Of a stretch of 64,000 nucleotides of DNA, positions 10,183 through 20,800 are shown piece by piece (position 1 is the first letter of the stretch; each line of letters starts with the position of its first letter). This DNA is from Chitinophagales bacterium (GTDB taxonomy: Bacteria; Bacteroidota; Bacteroidia; Chitinophagales; JADIYW01). Both the position numbers and the translations under genes were made by a program. The stretch covers positions 470,098 to 534,097 of the forward strand of contig CBDCGV010000018.1 in assembly GCA_965216955.1 (NCBI GenBank), in the 5' to 3' direction. The notes below the pieces were generated by a model. That model did no database searches, was not told the DNA's origin, and worked only from the letters and a program-made list of their open reading frames with translations.

Positions 10183-11052
10183 CTAATTTTCCTCTGCTAC
10201 CAAACGTTCATACTCAGAGAAATATCTTTTTGCTAGTTCTCTTTGACCTGAAGCATCATAGTGTATCATATCCCAGAAGTCATTTTCTTTATTTATTATA
10301 AACGGTTCCATCGGGTCTGCATAACCAACTTTATCAAGTCTATTTGGCGTATCCATTATAATTTCCTGCGTCACCCCTCTTAGACTATCCTTTGAGACCC
10401 AAAAAGGCACCATTCCCCCTAAAATAAATGGTGGTGGATCCTCTGTGTTTAAATCTTCTCTCAAATCAATAATAAATGAGTCAAGCTGAACCATAAAGCT
10501 GTCATTTTCTATGTCACTTTCTCCTTGGTGCCATAGTATTGTTTTAAGTTCACTCCTAGGATAGGTTTTTAGAATTAGGTTGGTTCTATAGATTGCGTCT
10601 TTATATAAATCATCTCCCTTGTTCCATCTATTATTTATAAACCCAGAGCCACCTAAACCACATAAAATGAGCAAAACCTTAATATCATACTCCTCATTTG
10701 CTGCTTCTAAATAACCATCAGCATATAGTTTTGAGAAAGTCAAAGCAAATCCAATTCGGTCACCAGATCTACCATGATGATCCAAGGGCTCTTTCGCCTC
10801 TACAATCTTCAAATTTCTTGTATTATCACGCCCTAATTGCTTGATTCGGTAATCTACAGAGTCAATAGAAAAATCTAACCCAACACCTGAATTAGTATTG
10901 GATTGTCCAGCAACTAATATAATGTCATATTTGATTGAAAGATCGACAATCTCAATTTCTTCTTCCTCTTCTTCCTTTTCAAAATCCCTATCAAGTGTAC
11001 GAACACATCCAAAAAAAATGAGTACAATGATTCCTAAAACAACTCCCCTCAT
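10183..11052 (-). CDS. SASA/DUF303-type carbohydrate esterase (sialate O-acetylesterase-like)
   Basis: 289 aa. Nucleophile motif VAGQSNTNSG and WHQGESD are typical of the SASA family. N-terminal signal/lipobox FFGC is followed by a poly-Glu linker. Confidence 0.7.
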   Translation of the reverse strand: MRGVVLGIIVLIFFGCVRTLDRDFEKEEEEEEIEIVDLSIKYDIILVAGQSNTNSGVGLDFSIDSVDYRIKQLGRDNTRNLKIVEAKEPLDHHGRSGDRIGFALTFSKLYADGYLEAANEEYDIKVLLILCGLGGSGFINNRWNKGDDLYKDAIYRTNLILKTYPRSELKTILWHQGESDIENDSFMVQLDSFIIDLREDLNTEDPPPFILGGMVPFWVSKDSLRGVTQEIIMDTPNRLDKVGYADPMEPFIINKENDFWDMIHYDASGQRELAKRYFSEYERLVAEEN

Positions 11053-11057
11053 AAATT

Positions 11058-11705
11058 TTAAAACCTTGCTAAAAGTACGTAATAATCAAATATTCGTCCT
11101 GGCTTTAACAAATAAAAGTCGTTTACCTTCATTTCATTATTTAACAACATTGTTTTATACTCTTTTAAATCATATTGATGTGGGTGTAAAGCATCTCCTG
11201 GAATTGTTCTAAATAGATATTTCAGAAAATGATATCTATGTGCATCTATAGAAAGTATTAAGTAACCATCCTTATTAAGACAAGAAACTAAATGTTTAAT
11301 TGCCATATTAATATCCGAAACGTGATTAATCGCATTTAAACAAAAAACGACATCAAATTTCTGTTTAGGTTCATAAATTTCTAGAGACTCATTTATGAAG
11401 GTTACATTGGGATAGTTACTTATATTGAAGTGCTCTATTTCCTTTTCGTACTTATTCAATAATGGATCGACAGCTATGACTTCTTTATTCTCTAAAATTG
11501 TAAAAATTCCCGCCGGACCACAACCTATATCTAAAATACGTTTAGCACCAGATAAAATTGACTGAGCATTAATCTCCTTGATAAAATGCTCCCAATATCC
11601 TTTTTTCCAAGATAAGTACTCATGAACCGGTTTGTTTCTAAGATAACGTTTCCACCATTTCAACTCCAAAGATTGGGCAATCTTCCATTTTTTTGTTGGC
11701 TTCAT
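11058..11705 (-). CDS. class I SAM-dependent methyltransferase
   Basis: 215 aa. Motif I ILDIGCGPAG and acidic motif II VIAVDP. It sits 5 nt upstream of the esterase gene. Confidence 0.75.
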   Translation of the reverse strand: MKPTKKWKIAQSLELKWWKRYLRNKPVHEYLSWKKGYWEHFIKEINAQSILSGAKRILDIGCGPAGIFTILENKEVIAVDPLLNKYEKEIEHFNISNYPNVTFINESLEIYEPKQKFDVVFCLNAINHVSDINMAIKHLVSCLNKDGYLILSIDAHRYHFLKYLFRTIPGDALHPHQYDLKEYKTMLLNNEMKVNDFYLLKPGRIFDYYVLLARF

Positions 11706-11805
11706 TGGAAGCTAAAATATCATATTTAAAGTTAAACGGTCATTAATATACTAGTGATCAAAAACGAATTACCAATAATTTATCTCTTCAAAGCAATCAA
11801 AACAA

Positions 11806-11813
11806 TACCTTTG
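11806..11813 (+). promoter_or_regulatory. candidate -7 promoter box (TAnnTTTG) for rnpB
   Basis: TACCTTTG is an exact match to the Bacteroidota consensus. It ends ~5 nt before the predicted 5' end of the RNase P RNA P1 helix. Confidence 0.45.
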
Positions 11814-11818
11814 TATCT

Positions 11819-12180
11819 ACAAGCCGCTCTATCGCTATCTATCAACTAGTTTGGTAGATAGAGGAAAGTCCGGGCAGCACAGAGCATCTTACCTCTTAAC
11901 AGGAGGTCACATATAAAAATGTGAAGAAAGTGCCACAGAAAATAACCGTCCCGATTTTTTCGGGATAAGGGTGAAAACGTGCGGTAAGAGCGCACGAATC
12001 ATTATGGTAACATATTGATTGGGTAAACCTTAGGAGCTGAAAGATCAAATAAACCAACTTAAGCGTTGCTCGCGCTCGTTGGAGGGTAGATCGCTAGAGC
12101 TTGATTGTGAGGTCAAGTCTAGATAAATGATAGAGGTCCGCCAGTTGGCGGATACAGAACCCGGCTTATAGGCTTGTTTT
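11819..12180 (+). ncRNA. rnpB: RNase P RNA, bacterial type A
   Basis: Universal P4 strands GAGGAAAGTCCGGGC (from ~11861) and ACAGAACCCGGCTTA (~12154). Conserved GGTGAAAACGTGCGGTAAGAGCGCAC core. 5' ACAAGCC pairs with 3' GGCTTGT (P1), followed by a T-run. Ends are approximate, within a few nt. Confidence 0.9.
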
Positions 12181-12278
12181 TTATTTCACAGTTTGTCAAA
12201 CCTGCCATATAGATAAAAGATCATTAACACATTTAAACTTTAATGGGGTTTTAAAGTCTAAAACTTCGGACATATTAT

Positions 12279-12286
12279 TAAGTTTG
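12279..12286 (+). promoter_or_regulatory. candidate -7 promoter box (TAnnTTTG)
   Basis: TAAGTTTG lies 22 nt upstream of the ATG at 12309. Confidence 0.3.
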
Positions 12287-12308
12287 CATTTTAAAAGAAA
12301 ATACACAC

Positions 12309-13673
12309 ATGCCTAAATTATTGATTGTTGATGATGAACAGAGTATTCGTAATACGCTTAAAGAAATTCTAGAATACGAAAAATTTGATGTTGACGAAGC
12401 TGCCGATGGAAAAGAAGGTTTAACCAAAATCCAAAAAGGTAATTACGATGTTGTCATACTCGATATTAAAATGCCAAAGATGGATGGTCTTGAAGTGCTG
12501 GAAGAAATAAATAAGAAGGGTATCGATGTTCCAATCATTATGTTATCGGGGCATGGAAATTTGGATACAGCAGTAGATGCCGTCAAAAAAGGTGCGTATG
12601 ATTATATTTCAAAACCGCCTGATTTAAACAGATTACTTATCACCATCCGAAATGCGATGGATAAGTCGTCATTGATTACCGAGACAAAAGTATTAAAACG
12701 GAAGGTAAGTAGAACCAGAGATATCATTGGGGAGTCTAATTCAATATTGAAAATTAAAGAAAATATTGAAAAAGTAGCGCCTACAGATGCAAGAGTGCTT
12801 GTTACTGGAGAAAACGGCTCAGGAAAAGAATTAGTTGCACGGTGGTTACATGAAAAAAGCAATCGGCATAATGGTCCCATTGTAGAAGTTAATTGTGCAG
12901 CTATACCATCAGAACTTATTGAAAGTGAATTGTTTGGACATGAAAAAGGTGCTTTCACATCAGCAATGAAACAACGCATTGGGAAATTTGAACAAGCCAA
13001 TGGAGGCACATTGTTTTTAGATGAAATTGGAGATATGAGTTTGTCTGCCCAAGCTAAAGTTTTGAGGGCTTTACAAGAAAATAAGATTACAAGAGTTGGC
13101 GGTGACAAAGAGATTAAAGTTGATGTACGTGTAGTGGCTGCTACCAATAAAGACTTGCTTCAAGAAATTGATGAGAAAAAGTTTAGAATGGATTTATATC
13201 ACAGATTAAGTGTAATATTAATTCATGTCCCTTCTTTAAATGATCGCAAAGATGACATTCCGCTTTTAGTCGATTTTTTCGGCGATGAGATTTGTGGAGA
13301 ATATGGAGTTCCCGTTAAGGAGTTTGAGCCAAAAGCTATAAAAGCACTCCAAAATAGAAACTGGACCGGAAATATAAGAGAATTAAGAAATATCGTTGAA
13401 AGACTAATCATTATGGGAAACAGCAAAGTTACATTTGAAGATGTACAGGCTTATTGTGGTCCTGATGGCAATGATAAAAATCTTGTATCCGGTACTGTAG
13501 ATTATAGTCGTTTTGGCAATTTCCAGCAATATAAAGATTATACCGAAAAGTGCTTTATAGAATATAAATTAGAGCAAAACGCTTGGAACATTTCAAAAAC
13601 AGCAGATGACTTAGAAATGCAGCGCAGCAATTTGTATCAAAAAATGGAAAAATACGGATTGAAGAAAAAATAG
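12309..13673 (+). CDS. sigma-54-dependent response regulator (NtrC/Fis family enhancer-binding protein)
   Basis: 454 aa. Receiver domain (LLIVDDE...ILDIKMPKMDG). AAA+ domain with Walker A GENGSGKE, GAFTSA loop and Walker B LFLDEIG. C-terminal Fis-type HTH (ISKTADDLEMQRSNLYQKMEKYGL). Confidence 0.9.
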   Translation: MPKLLIVDDEQSIRNTLKEILEYEKFDVDEAADGKEGLTKIQKGNYDVVILDIKMPKMDGLEVLEEINKKGIDVPIIMLSGHGNLDTAVDAVKKGAYDYISKPPDLNRLLITIRNAMDKSSLITETKVLKRKVSRTRDIIGESNSILKIKENIEKVAPTDARVLVTGENGSGKELVARWLHEKSNRHNGPIVEVNCAAIPSELIESELFGHEKGAFTSAMKQRIGKFEQANGGTLFLDEIGDMSLSAQAKVLRALQENKITRVGGDKEIKVDVRVVAATNKDLLQEIDEKKFRMDLYHRLSVILIHVPSLNDRKDDIPLLVDFFGDEICGEYGVPVKEFEPKAIKALQNRNWTGNIRELRNIVERLIIMGNSKVTFEDVQAYCGPDGNDKNLVSGTVDYSRFGNFQQYKDYTEKCFIEYKLEQNAWNISKTADDLEMQRSNLYQKMEKYGLKKK

Positions 13674-13715
13674 ATTACAATTATTGAACTAAACTTTTAA
13701 AAAACAATCTAATTT

Positions 13716-14648
13716 TTACGTTCTTCTTTCTACCTCAAATGTAAAACCTTCTAATGCAAGTGAAGTATTTGGAAAAATTTCTTGTGCTTCATTGAGTAAT
13801 TCATTTAGATCGTAATATTTACTGGAAAAATGACCAATAATCAATTCTCTAACATTGGCCATTTGGGCAATAGTGGCAGCTTGAGAGGAAGTACTATGAT
13901 ACGTTTGCTTGGCTCTTTCCAAGGCGTTATGCTGAAAAGTTGATTCGTGATATAATAAATCAATCTCCTTGATTATAGGCACTAACTCTTCATCATAAAT
14001 AGTATCGGAACAATAAGCATAAGATCTAGGTTTATAAGGATCAATAGTTAAATCGTTATTAGCAAAAGAACGTCCATTAACATCAATATCTTCCCCGTTT
14101 TTAAGCTTCTTATAATGATCTGAATTCAATTCTAATTCTAAGTTCTGTAGCACTTCTTTATTTATCCTTCTACCGTCTTGTTTCTCTTTAAATAAGAATC
14201 CCGTAGTAGGAATTCTATGCTTTAACGGAAAGCTATACACCTCCATGTTATCATCTTCATAGATCCTATTTACGCCAGTATTATCCGTAAAATGAAAAAT
14301 AAGATTATAATTTAAGCTAACAGAATTACCCCCTGCTGCTAATTGTAACTCTATGATAGATTTCAATTCCTTTGGACCATAAATATTCAGTGGCTTCTCT
14401 CTACCTAGTAGATGATAGGAAGTAATGATACCAATTAAGCCAAAATAATGATCTCCATGTAAATGACTTATAAAAACATGGTCTATTTTGAAAGGTTTAA
14501 TACTATAATGCACCATTTGCATTTGTGTCCCCTCTCCACAATCAACCAAAAAGACCCTGTTTCTAATCGACACTATTTGCGCAGATGGGTGACGCCCATG
14601 CGCTGGTAGCGCAGAATTGCTCCCCAGTATTTGAACCTCAAATTTCAA
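13716..14648 (-). CDS. rnz: ribonuclease Z
   Basis: 310 aa metallo-beta-lactamase fold. ISHLHGDHYFGL and an N-terminal GSNSALP...R.PSA.. motif are typical of the short RNase Z. Confidence 0.85.
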   Translation of the reverse strand: MKFEVQILGSNSALPAHGRHPSAQIVSIRNRVFLVDCGEGTQMQMVHYSIKPFKIDHVFISHLHGDHYFGLIGIITSYHLLGREKPLNIYGPKELKSIIELQLAAGGNSVSLNYNLIFHFTDNTGVNRIYEDDNMEVYSFPLKHRIPTTGFLFKEKQDGRRINKEVLQNLELELNSDHYKKLKNGEDIDVNGRSFANNDLTIDPYKPRSYAYCSDTIYDEELVPIIKEIDLLYHESTFQHNALERAKQTYHSTSSQAATIAQMANVRELIIGHFSSKYYDLNELLNEAQEIFPNTSLALEGFTFEVERRT

Positions 14649-14649
14649 A

Positions 14650-15024
14650 CTATCCCTTCAAATCACGCTCAAGTTCCTCCATCATAACAAAATCCCTCCC
14701 CTCTTGCACTGTAGGAAAAATGTTCAAAATACCTTCCAATTGAGATATCTTAATTAAACTTTGAACAGGCTCCTTTAAAGAAGACAATACAAAAGTTCCC
14801 CCAGCATCTTTACATAATCGGTTACCAACCAATAACGCACTTAATCCTGACGAATCTATAAATTCGACCATCGAAAGATCTATAATTAAATTTTTATAAC
14901 CTTCTGTATTTAAGAAAATTAGCTCTGATTTTAATTCCGGAGCATTCACAGAATTCAATTTATCTTGTTGTACTTCAAATACAACATAAGTATCTTGTTT
15001 GTCAATACTGAATTTCATATTCAA
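14650..15024 (-). CDS. STAS-domain protein (anti-sigma-factor-antagonist-like)
   Basis: 124 aa. The DLSMVEFIDSSGLSALL motif includes the conserved Ser. Its stop is 1 nt before the rnz start. Confidence 0.8.
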   Translation of the reverse strand: MNMKFSIDKQDTYVVFEVQQDKLNSVNAPELKSELIFLNTEGYKNLIIDLSMVEFIDSSGLSALLVGNRLCKDAGGTFVLSSLKEPVQSLIKISQLEGILNIFPTVQEGRDFVMMEELERDLKG

Positions 15025-15249
15025 TTTATTTGTTTCAAAAATAACACTAATACATCAATAAACAATTGTGCCAAAAAAATAAAAACATGTTTGCCAAACA
15101 AAATATATATTGTAAAGACAATTTGACCATTTTTAACGTTAATTAAGGAACAGTTGAAAACTTTTGGCGGTTATTGTAAGTGCAATTATTATTTTCATGG
15201 AAAATGTGTCATAAAAAAAGGATGGCAGATTTTTTGATTAATAAAAGAT

Positions 15250-17790
15250 ATGGATTCAAAATTTTCTTCAAAAGTCAAAGAGGTAATTTCTTACAGTAGA
15301 GAAGAAGCCTTAAGATTAAGTCACGATAAGATTGGCATCGAACATCTGTTGCTCGGATTAATCCGAGAAGGTGATGGACTGGCCATTAAAGTGCTCAAAT
15401 CATTAGATATTGATATTGTTTTACTAAGAAATAAGATAGAAGATTCTATCAGAGACAATATAAATGCTATTCCTTCTAATTCTAATAGTCTTCCGCTCAC
15501 TAAGCAAGCAGAAAAAGTATTAAAAATTACACTTTTAGAAGCAAAGTACCATAAAAGTGATACGGTTGATACGGAGCATCTTATGTTGTCGATTCTCAAA
15601 AATAAAGACAATGTAGCTACAAGACTTTTAAATAGAATGGATGTAAACTATGAAATCTTCAGGTCTGAATTAGATTATGTAAAACAAGAAATCAGTGGTG
15701 AATTTCCTCAAGAACATCCTGAAGGAGATTTTGAAGAAGAACCTCGTGCCTCAAAGAGTTACAGTTCAAGAAAAGGTGCTTCTAAATCAAAAACTCCAGT
15801 ACTTGATAATTTTGGACGAGATATTACTAGACTGGCCGAAGAAGAAAAATTAGATCCTATTGTAGGAAGAGAGACGGAAATTGAGCGTGTTTCTCAGATT
15901 CTTAGTAGAAGAAAGAAAAACAACCCAATTCTTATTGGTGAACCTGGTGTAGGTAAAACAGCTATTGTTGAGGGACTTGCGCTCAGAATTATTCAAAAAC
16001 GAGTTTCCAGAGTACTTTTCAATAAGCGAATTGTAATGCTAGATTTAGCGGCATTAGTGGCTGGAACAAAATATAGAGGACAATTTGAAGAGCGCATGAA
16101 AGCGATCATGACGGAGCTTGAAAAGAATAGAGACGTTATACTATTTATTGATGAAATACACACTATAGTTGGTGCTGGAGGTGCAACTGGGTCTTTGGAT
16201 GCCTCTAACATTTTCAAGCCTGCTTTAGCGAGAGGGGAACTTCAATGCATTGGAGCATCTACTTTAGATGAGTATAGGCAGCATATCGAAAAAGATGGTG
16301 CGCTAGAACGCAGGTTCCAAAAGGTAATTATTGACCCTCCTTCTACGGAAGAGACAATGACCATTCTACACAATATTAAAAACAAATATGAAGACTTTCA
16401 TAATGTCAACTATACAGATGATGCTATCGAAGCATGTGTAAAATTAAGCAATCGCTATATTACAGATCGTTTTTTACCAGACAAAGCCATTGATGTAATG
16501 GATGAAGTAGGTGCACGTGTGCACTTAAAAAATATTCATGTTCCTGAAAATATCGCTAAGCTAGAAGAAGAAATTGAGGCTATCAAGGAAAAGAAAAACC
16601 AAGTAGTTAAAAATCAACGATACGAAGAAGCTGCTGAACTAAGAGATCAGGAAAAAAAGCTATTAGACAAATTAGATCAAGCTAAAATTGCCTGGGAAGA
16701 GGAAGCCAAAGCAAAAAAATATCCTGTAGATGAAGAAGACATTGCTGAAGTTGTAGCAATGATGACCGGCATTCCAGTAAATAGAATTGCTCAAAGTGAG
16801 AGCAAACGACTTCTCGAAATGGGTAAAGACTTAAAAGACTCTGTTATTGGGCAAGATGAAGCTGTAGGAAAAATAGTAAAGGCTATCCAAAGGAATAGAG
16901 TCGGGCTTAAAGATCCTAAAAAGCCTATTGGATCGTTTATTTTCTTGGGCCCTACCGGTGTAGGAAAAACTGAATTGGCCAAAGCGCTATCGCGCTATAT
17001 GTTTGACTCTGAAGATACTTTAGTTAGAATTGATATGAGTGAATACATGGAAAAATTCTCTGTTTCAAGATTAATTGGAGCACCTCCGGGTTACATCGGT
17101 TATGAAGAAGGTGGGCAACTAACAGAAAAAGTTAGAAGAAAGCCTTATTCTGTTATATTGTTAGACGAGATTGAGAAAGCACATCCAGATGTATATAATA
17201 TTTTATTACAGGTACTGGATGATGGTCAACTAACAGACGGATTGGGTAGAAAGGTAGATTTTAAAAATACCATTATTATTATGACCAGTAATATTGGGGT
17301 TCGTCAGTTAAAAGATTTTGGAGCAGGAGTAGGTTTTACCACTTCAGCCAAGAAAGACAGTATGGATACCTATACTAAAGGGGTTATTGAAAAAGCATTA
17401 TCCAAAACTTTTTCTCCGGAATTCTTAAACAGAGTAGATGATGTAGTCATCTTCAATTCTTTAGACAGAGAACATATTCACCAAATTATTGATATAGCAC
17501 TCAAAGATGTATTTAAGCGTTTAGACGATATGCAATTAACGGTTGAATTGTCGGATAAGGCAAAAGACTTTATCGCTGATAAAGGTTTTGATCCCAAATA
17601 TGGCGCAAGGCCATTGCACAGAGCTATTCAAAAATATTTAGAGGATCCTTTGGCAGAAGAAATTTTATCTTCCAGCGTTAAAGAAGGTGATACCATTGCT
17701 GTGAGTGTTAATGAAAAAGAAGAGGATGATTCTAAAAAGCTTAAATTTTCTGTAAAGAAGAAAAGAAAGAAGAAACAAGAACAGGAGTAA
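15250..17790 (+). CDS. clpC: ATP-dependent Clp protease ATP-binding subunit ClpC (class I Hsp100)
   Basis: 846 aa. Two Clp_N repeats, two AAA+ modules (GEPGVGKT and GPTGVGKT), a UVR-like middle segment ([14 protein letters not shown]) and a short M-domain. This is ClpC-type rather than ClpB-type. Confidence 0.9.
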   Translation: MDSKFSSKVKEVISYSREEALRLSHDKIGIEHLLLGLIREGDGLAIKVLKSLDIDIVLLRNKIEDSIRDNINAIPSNSNSLPLTKQAEKVLKITLLEAKYHKSDTVDTEHLMLSILKNKDNVATRLLNRMDVNYEIFRSELDYVKQEISGEFPQEHPEGDFEEEPRASKSYSSRKGASKSKTPVLDNFGRDITRLAEEEKLDPIVGRETEIERVSQILSRRKKNNPILIGEPGVGKTAIVEGLALRIIQKRVSRVLFNKRIVMLDLAALVAGTKYRGQFEERMKAIMTELEKNRDVILFIDEIHTIVGAGGATGSLDASNIFKPALARGELQCIGASTLDEYRQHIEKDGALERRFQKVIIDPPSTEETMTILHNIKNKYEDFHNVNYTDDAIEACVKLSNRYITDRFLPDKAIDVMDEVGARVHLKNIHVPENIAKLEEEIEAIKEKKNQVVKNQRYEEAAELRDQEKKLLDKLDQAKIAWEEEAKAKKYPVDEEDIAEVVAMMTGIPVNRIAQSESKRLLEMGKDLKDSVIGQDEAVGKIVKAIQRNRVGLKDPKKPIGSFIFLGPTGVGKTELAKALSRYMFDSEDTLVRIDMSEYMEKFSVSRLIGAPPGYIGYEEGGQLTEKVRRKPYSVILLDEIEKAHPDVYNILLQVLDDGQLTDGLGRKVDFKNTIIIMTSNIGVRQLKDFGAGVGFTTSAKKDSMDTYTKGVIEKALSKTFSPEFLNRVDDVVIFNSLDREHIHQIIDIALKDVFKRLDDMQLTVELSDKAKDFIADKGFDPKYGARPLHRAIQKYLEDPLAEEILSSSVKEGDTIAVSVNEKEEDDSKKLKFSVKKKRKKKQEQE

Positions 17791-17821
17791 TGAATGTCCT
17801 TATTTCATAAGGGCGTTCATT
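17789..17821. terminator. candidate stem-loop at the clpC / caspase-gene convergent junction
   Basis: AATGAATGTCCTT-atttcat-AAGGGCGTTCATT forms a 13-bp stem on the plus-strand RNA (two G-U pairs). It overlaps both stop codons. No clear U-tract follows. Confidence 0.3.
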
Positions 17822-20800
17822 TCGTTGTATATTTCTGAAATTAAGTTATCCATTTTATTCTCACTTCCAGAGAGTTCTATTTCTCCTACACTTTCTTTAT
17901 TTTGAAATAGTCTAGCTTTTAATTTTATTGCTCCTTCATCATTAATGGTGTACCTACCTTTAATAGAATATGCTTGAGGGTAATTATTTACATCTACAAA
18001 AATAAGTGATGCTTTCTCTCCTTTTGCAGAAGTCTCATTAAGTTTTTGATCAAGCATCGCTCCAATAGATAAGATATCTTCATAAGCGAATTCCTCTTGA
18101 AAAACCGAGCGGATAAACACGGGTTTAATGTCTGCTAATTCAATGGTCACTTTATCATCTACTTTTCCAATATAAAAGCTATTCCCTCCTTTTGGAACAG
18201 CTAAAATAGGCTCCTGCACTCCCCCTATATGAGTTGCTAAACTCGGTACTCTATCTACTGAATATTGAAACAATTGCATCACATCTACAAAATGTAACTC
18301 TCTAAGTGCTGCTCCTTTAATTCCTGCTAACAAACTGTATGTCAACAAACTCTGTCCAAAGCTACTCGCCTCATAACTAACTTTATTTTCTGCACTTCCG
18401 GTTAAAACAAACATTCCTGTTCTATCCTTTAGTCTTTCCAAAGCTCTAATCTGGCTAGAACTAACGGCTTTCTCTCCATGCAAAATATCGTCAATTGCTT
18501 TGCCTGAATTACAAGCATCTATAATAAGTACCTGCTTTTGTGCTTTGATATCATTGATCCATTGAGTTAACTCATCTGTAGAAATTGCATAGTTTTTTCT
18601 TATCGTTGGATCTGACAAATCTCCACTCTCTACATCTTTTGTCAGGTAATAAAAAGACGAATGCTCTCCTCCATAGCTAACGCCATGTCCTGACAAATAA
18701 ACGACAATAACATCATTCGATTTTGCCTTATTCATTACTTCTTCAAATGTCCTTATGATATTCTCCTTACTTGAAAGCGCCTTGCCCCCCCCATTACTTA
18801 CAAGCGTTTTTATGTAAACTCTATCTAGACCAAATAAATTTTCTCCACTTTGTTGAAGCGCATTACTAAATTGCAAGGCATCTTTATCAGCATATTTTAA
18901 ATCTAATTGATCTCCTCTATAATCCGCTGAACCAATTACAATAGCATATAAACTAGGCAGCGAAGATTTTAAGCCAAAGCCATTAGGCTTTGTATTTTGT
19001 TTCTTATCATTATCATAGTCATAGATATAGTTTAGACCCACTCTCCCACTATGTAGATTCTCAGCTTCGTTATAGGCAATAACTGCAATTTTGTTTTTAC
19101 CACTTAAAAAATAGTCTTTATAATGATTCAAATCAATTGCAATACTACCCTCCTGAATAAAACTAGATACATCCGAAACGACTTCCTTATCATTGATAAA
19201 TAATGGTACTCGACCAATGCCTCCACCTCTTTCTTTTAAAAGGATCTTTAATTCATCTACCTCAATTTCAAGATTTACTATAGGATAAAGTTGAAGTGCT
19301 CCAAGGGCTTCTACATCTCTTATAGCTTCTGTATTATAGCCCAGCAATTTTTGAAGTAGCCCAGGTTCATAGTAGCGTTCTTTCAATTGATACAAATCAA
19401 TAACCTCTTTACCTTTAAAAGAAAAGTGCAGTTGGTCAATATTTCCGCCATTTGATGCATCATACCTTCCTGCACTATCTATTACTGCCCAGTCCCCATT
19501 ATCATAAGCATAAATTTCTGCCACAGGGACAAAATCTCGGGCATTCCAAAGTATCATTTTCCCATCCCAAGAAAAGCTAATCATAAATTTCCCATCTTTA
19601 GAAAATCGCAATCCATTTACTAAATTCCCATGTTTTAAATAAGATTTAAGCACCTCTTTTTTTGAAACATCCAATAAAGCGACACTTCCATCATCATAAC
19701 CCACTACCAATTTCTGACTATTAGGAACGAATTGAACACTCTGAACATAGCTTCCTAAAGGAGCAAGTTTCCAGTGCCAACGATCATTTTTTAAATCATA
19801 AACAAACAAAGTGTCGTTATATCCACCAGTTGCAACAAATTGATCATCAGAATAGAAAGAAATATCTTGCAAAGAACTTCCTCCATCACCCTTAGGGTTA
19901 TGTATCATCAAAGTTTTTCCAGAATCAGGTGCAGTAACAAAAAATGCTTTATAAACTGTCCAGGCAATATAGTTTTTCTCATTGCTAAACTTAATGTTTT
20001 CTACACTTTGGCCCAGACTGAAACGCTCTATTAACTGATTACTTGTTTTCGTATAAATGAAAACAGAATCATCGTGTGAAACAGCAAACAAATTTGTGCT
20101 ATCACTATTGGAATAATTTAAATCGTTAAATTCATTATCAGGAAATTTTATACTCTCTTTCTCAAAAGGACTTTGTACATCACATGTCATTAATATGCTA
20201 TCCTCACCAACTGTGGCTAATCTTCTTCCATCAGGACTAAAATCAAATTGCTTAATTCTTGAATTGTGTGCATTAAGATGCTCCACTTTTCCCTGCTTTA
20301 AATTCCAATAAATTAATCCTTCTTCCCCTCCATTAAAACAAATGGTTGCATCATTTTGCGGTTGAAACTCTAAATCGTCAATCCATCTACTGCCTTTAAT
20401 TCTAAAATCCTCCTTTAATTCACTATTATAACAGGCAATATCTCTAGATGCCATGTAAATTTTTTCTCCGTTAGAATTTACTGATATCAAGTTTGACAAA
20501 TAAGGACTAACCTTTATTTTTTTTATCGTTTTTCTACCCTCAAAATCATACACCACCATAAAAGTGTCTGACTCAAAAAAATACAATAGATCGTTATTAG
20601 AAGTCGCCTTATCTACTCCACTCCCATTCATTTTAAACAGATTTTTTCTCTGTTTAAAATCCCTTACAATTAGTTCATTACTCCCCCATTTAAAATTTTC
20701 TAGAACAACGATCTCTTCGTTTATAAATACCGCATTAACAATATCTAATTCAGACTTAATTTCATCTATTAAAATACTATCCTGAATATCCCAAAGCTGA

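Noticed and set aside
12602-13147. 181-aa ORF antisense to the sigma-54 regulator gene. Many similar 60-128-aa ORFs are also rejected, e.g. 2388-2576, 3651-3890, 4304-4492, 4900-5151, 4919-5179, 6793-7005, 7716-7925, 8330-8512, 9351-9638, 10898-11212, 13223-13426, 15321-15611, 15993-16217, 16791-16982, 19840-20034, 20564-20785, 22898-23113, 27600-28424, 28593-29253, 30064-30318, 30945-31151, 31356-31621, 31878-32195, 33625-34116, 35200-35862, 38298-38507, 40421-40741, 41263-41556, 41849-42049, 42786-43336, 44256-44477, 46810-47025, 47937-48227, 49917-50126, 51591-51785, 56794-56988, 59169-59425, 61495-61704 and 62425-62685.
   Set aside because: All lie inside, antisense to or out of frame with, long ORFs that have strong family motifs. 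Their translations are low-complexity (S/T/I/F/K-rich) with no motifs. These are typical shadow ORFs of AT-rich DNA.
15133-15142. Short perfect palindromes: TTAACGTTAA (15133-15142), CTTAATTAAG (41198-41207) and the AT-only TTTAAATATTTAAA near 2270.
   Set aside because: Palindromes of 10-14 bp, partly AT-only, are expected by chance at this base composition. They have no positional argument.
15164-15180. TTGGCGGTTATTGTAAG upstream of clpC as a possible sigma-54 (-24/-12) promoter. Also GGACA...TTTGCA near 12266-12288.
   Set aside because: The GG and GC elements are not at the required spacing (TGGCAC-N5-TTGC). The first site has GTAA where TTGC is needed. In the second site the spacing is about 6 nt too long.
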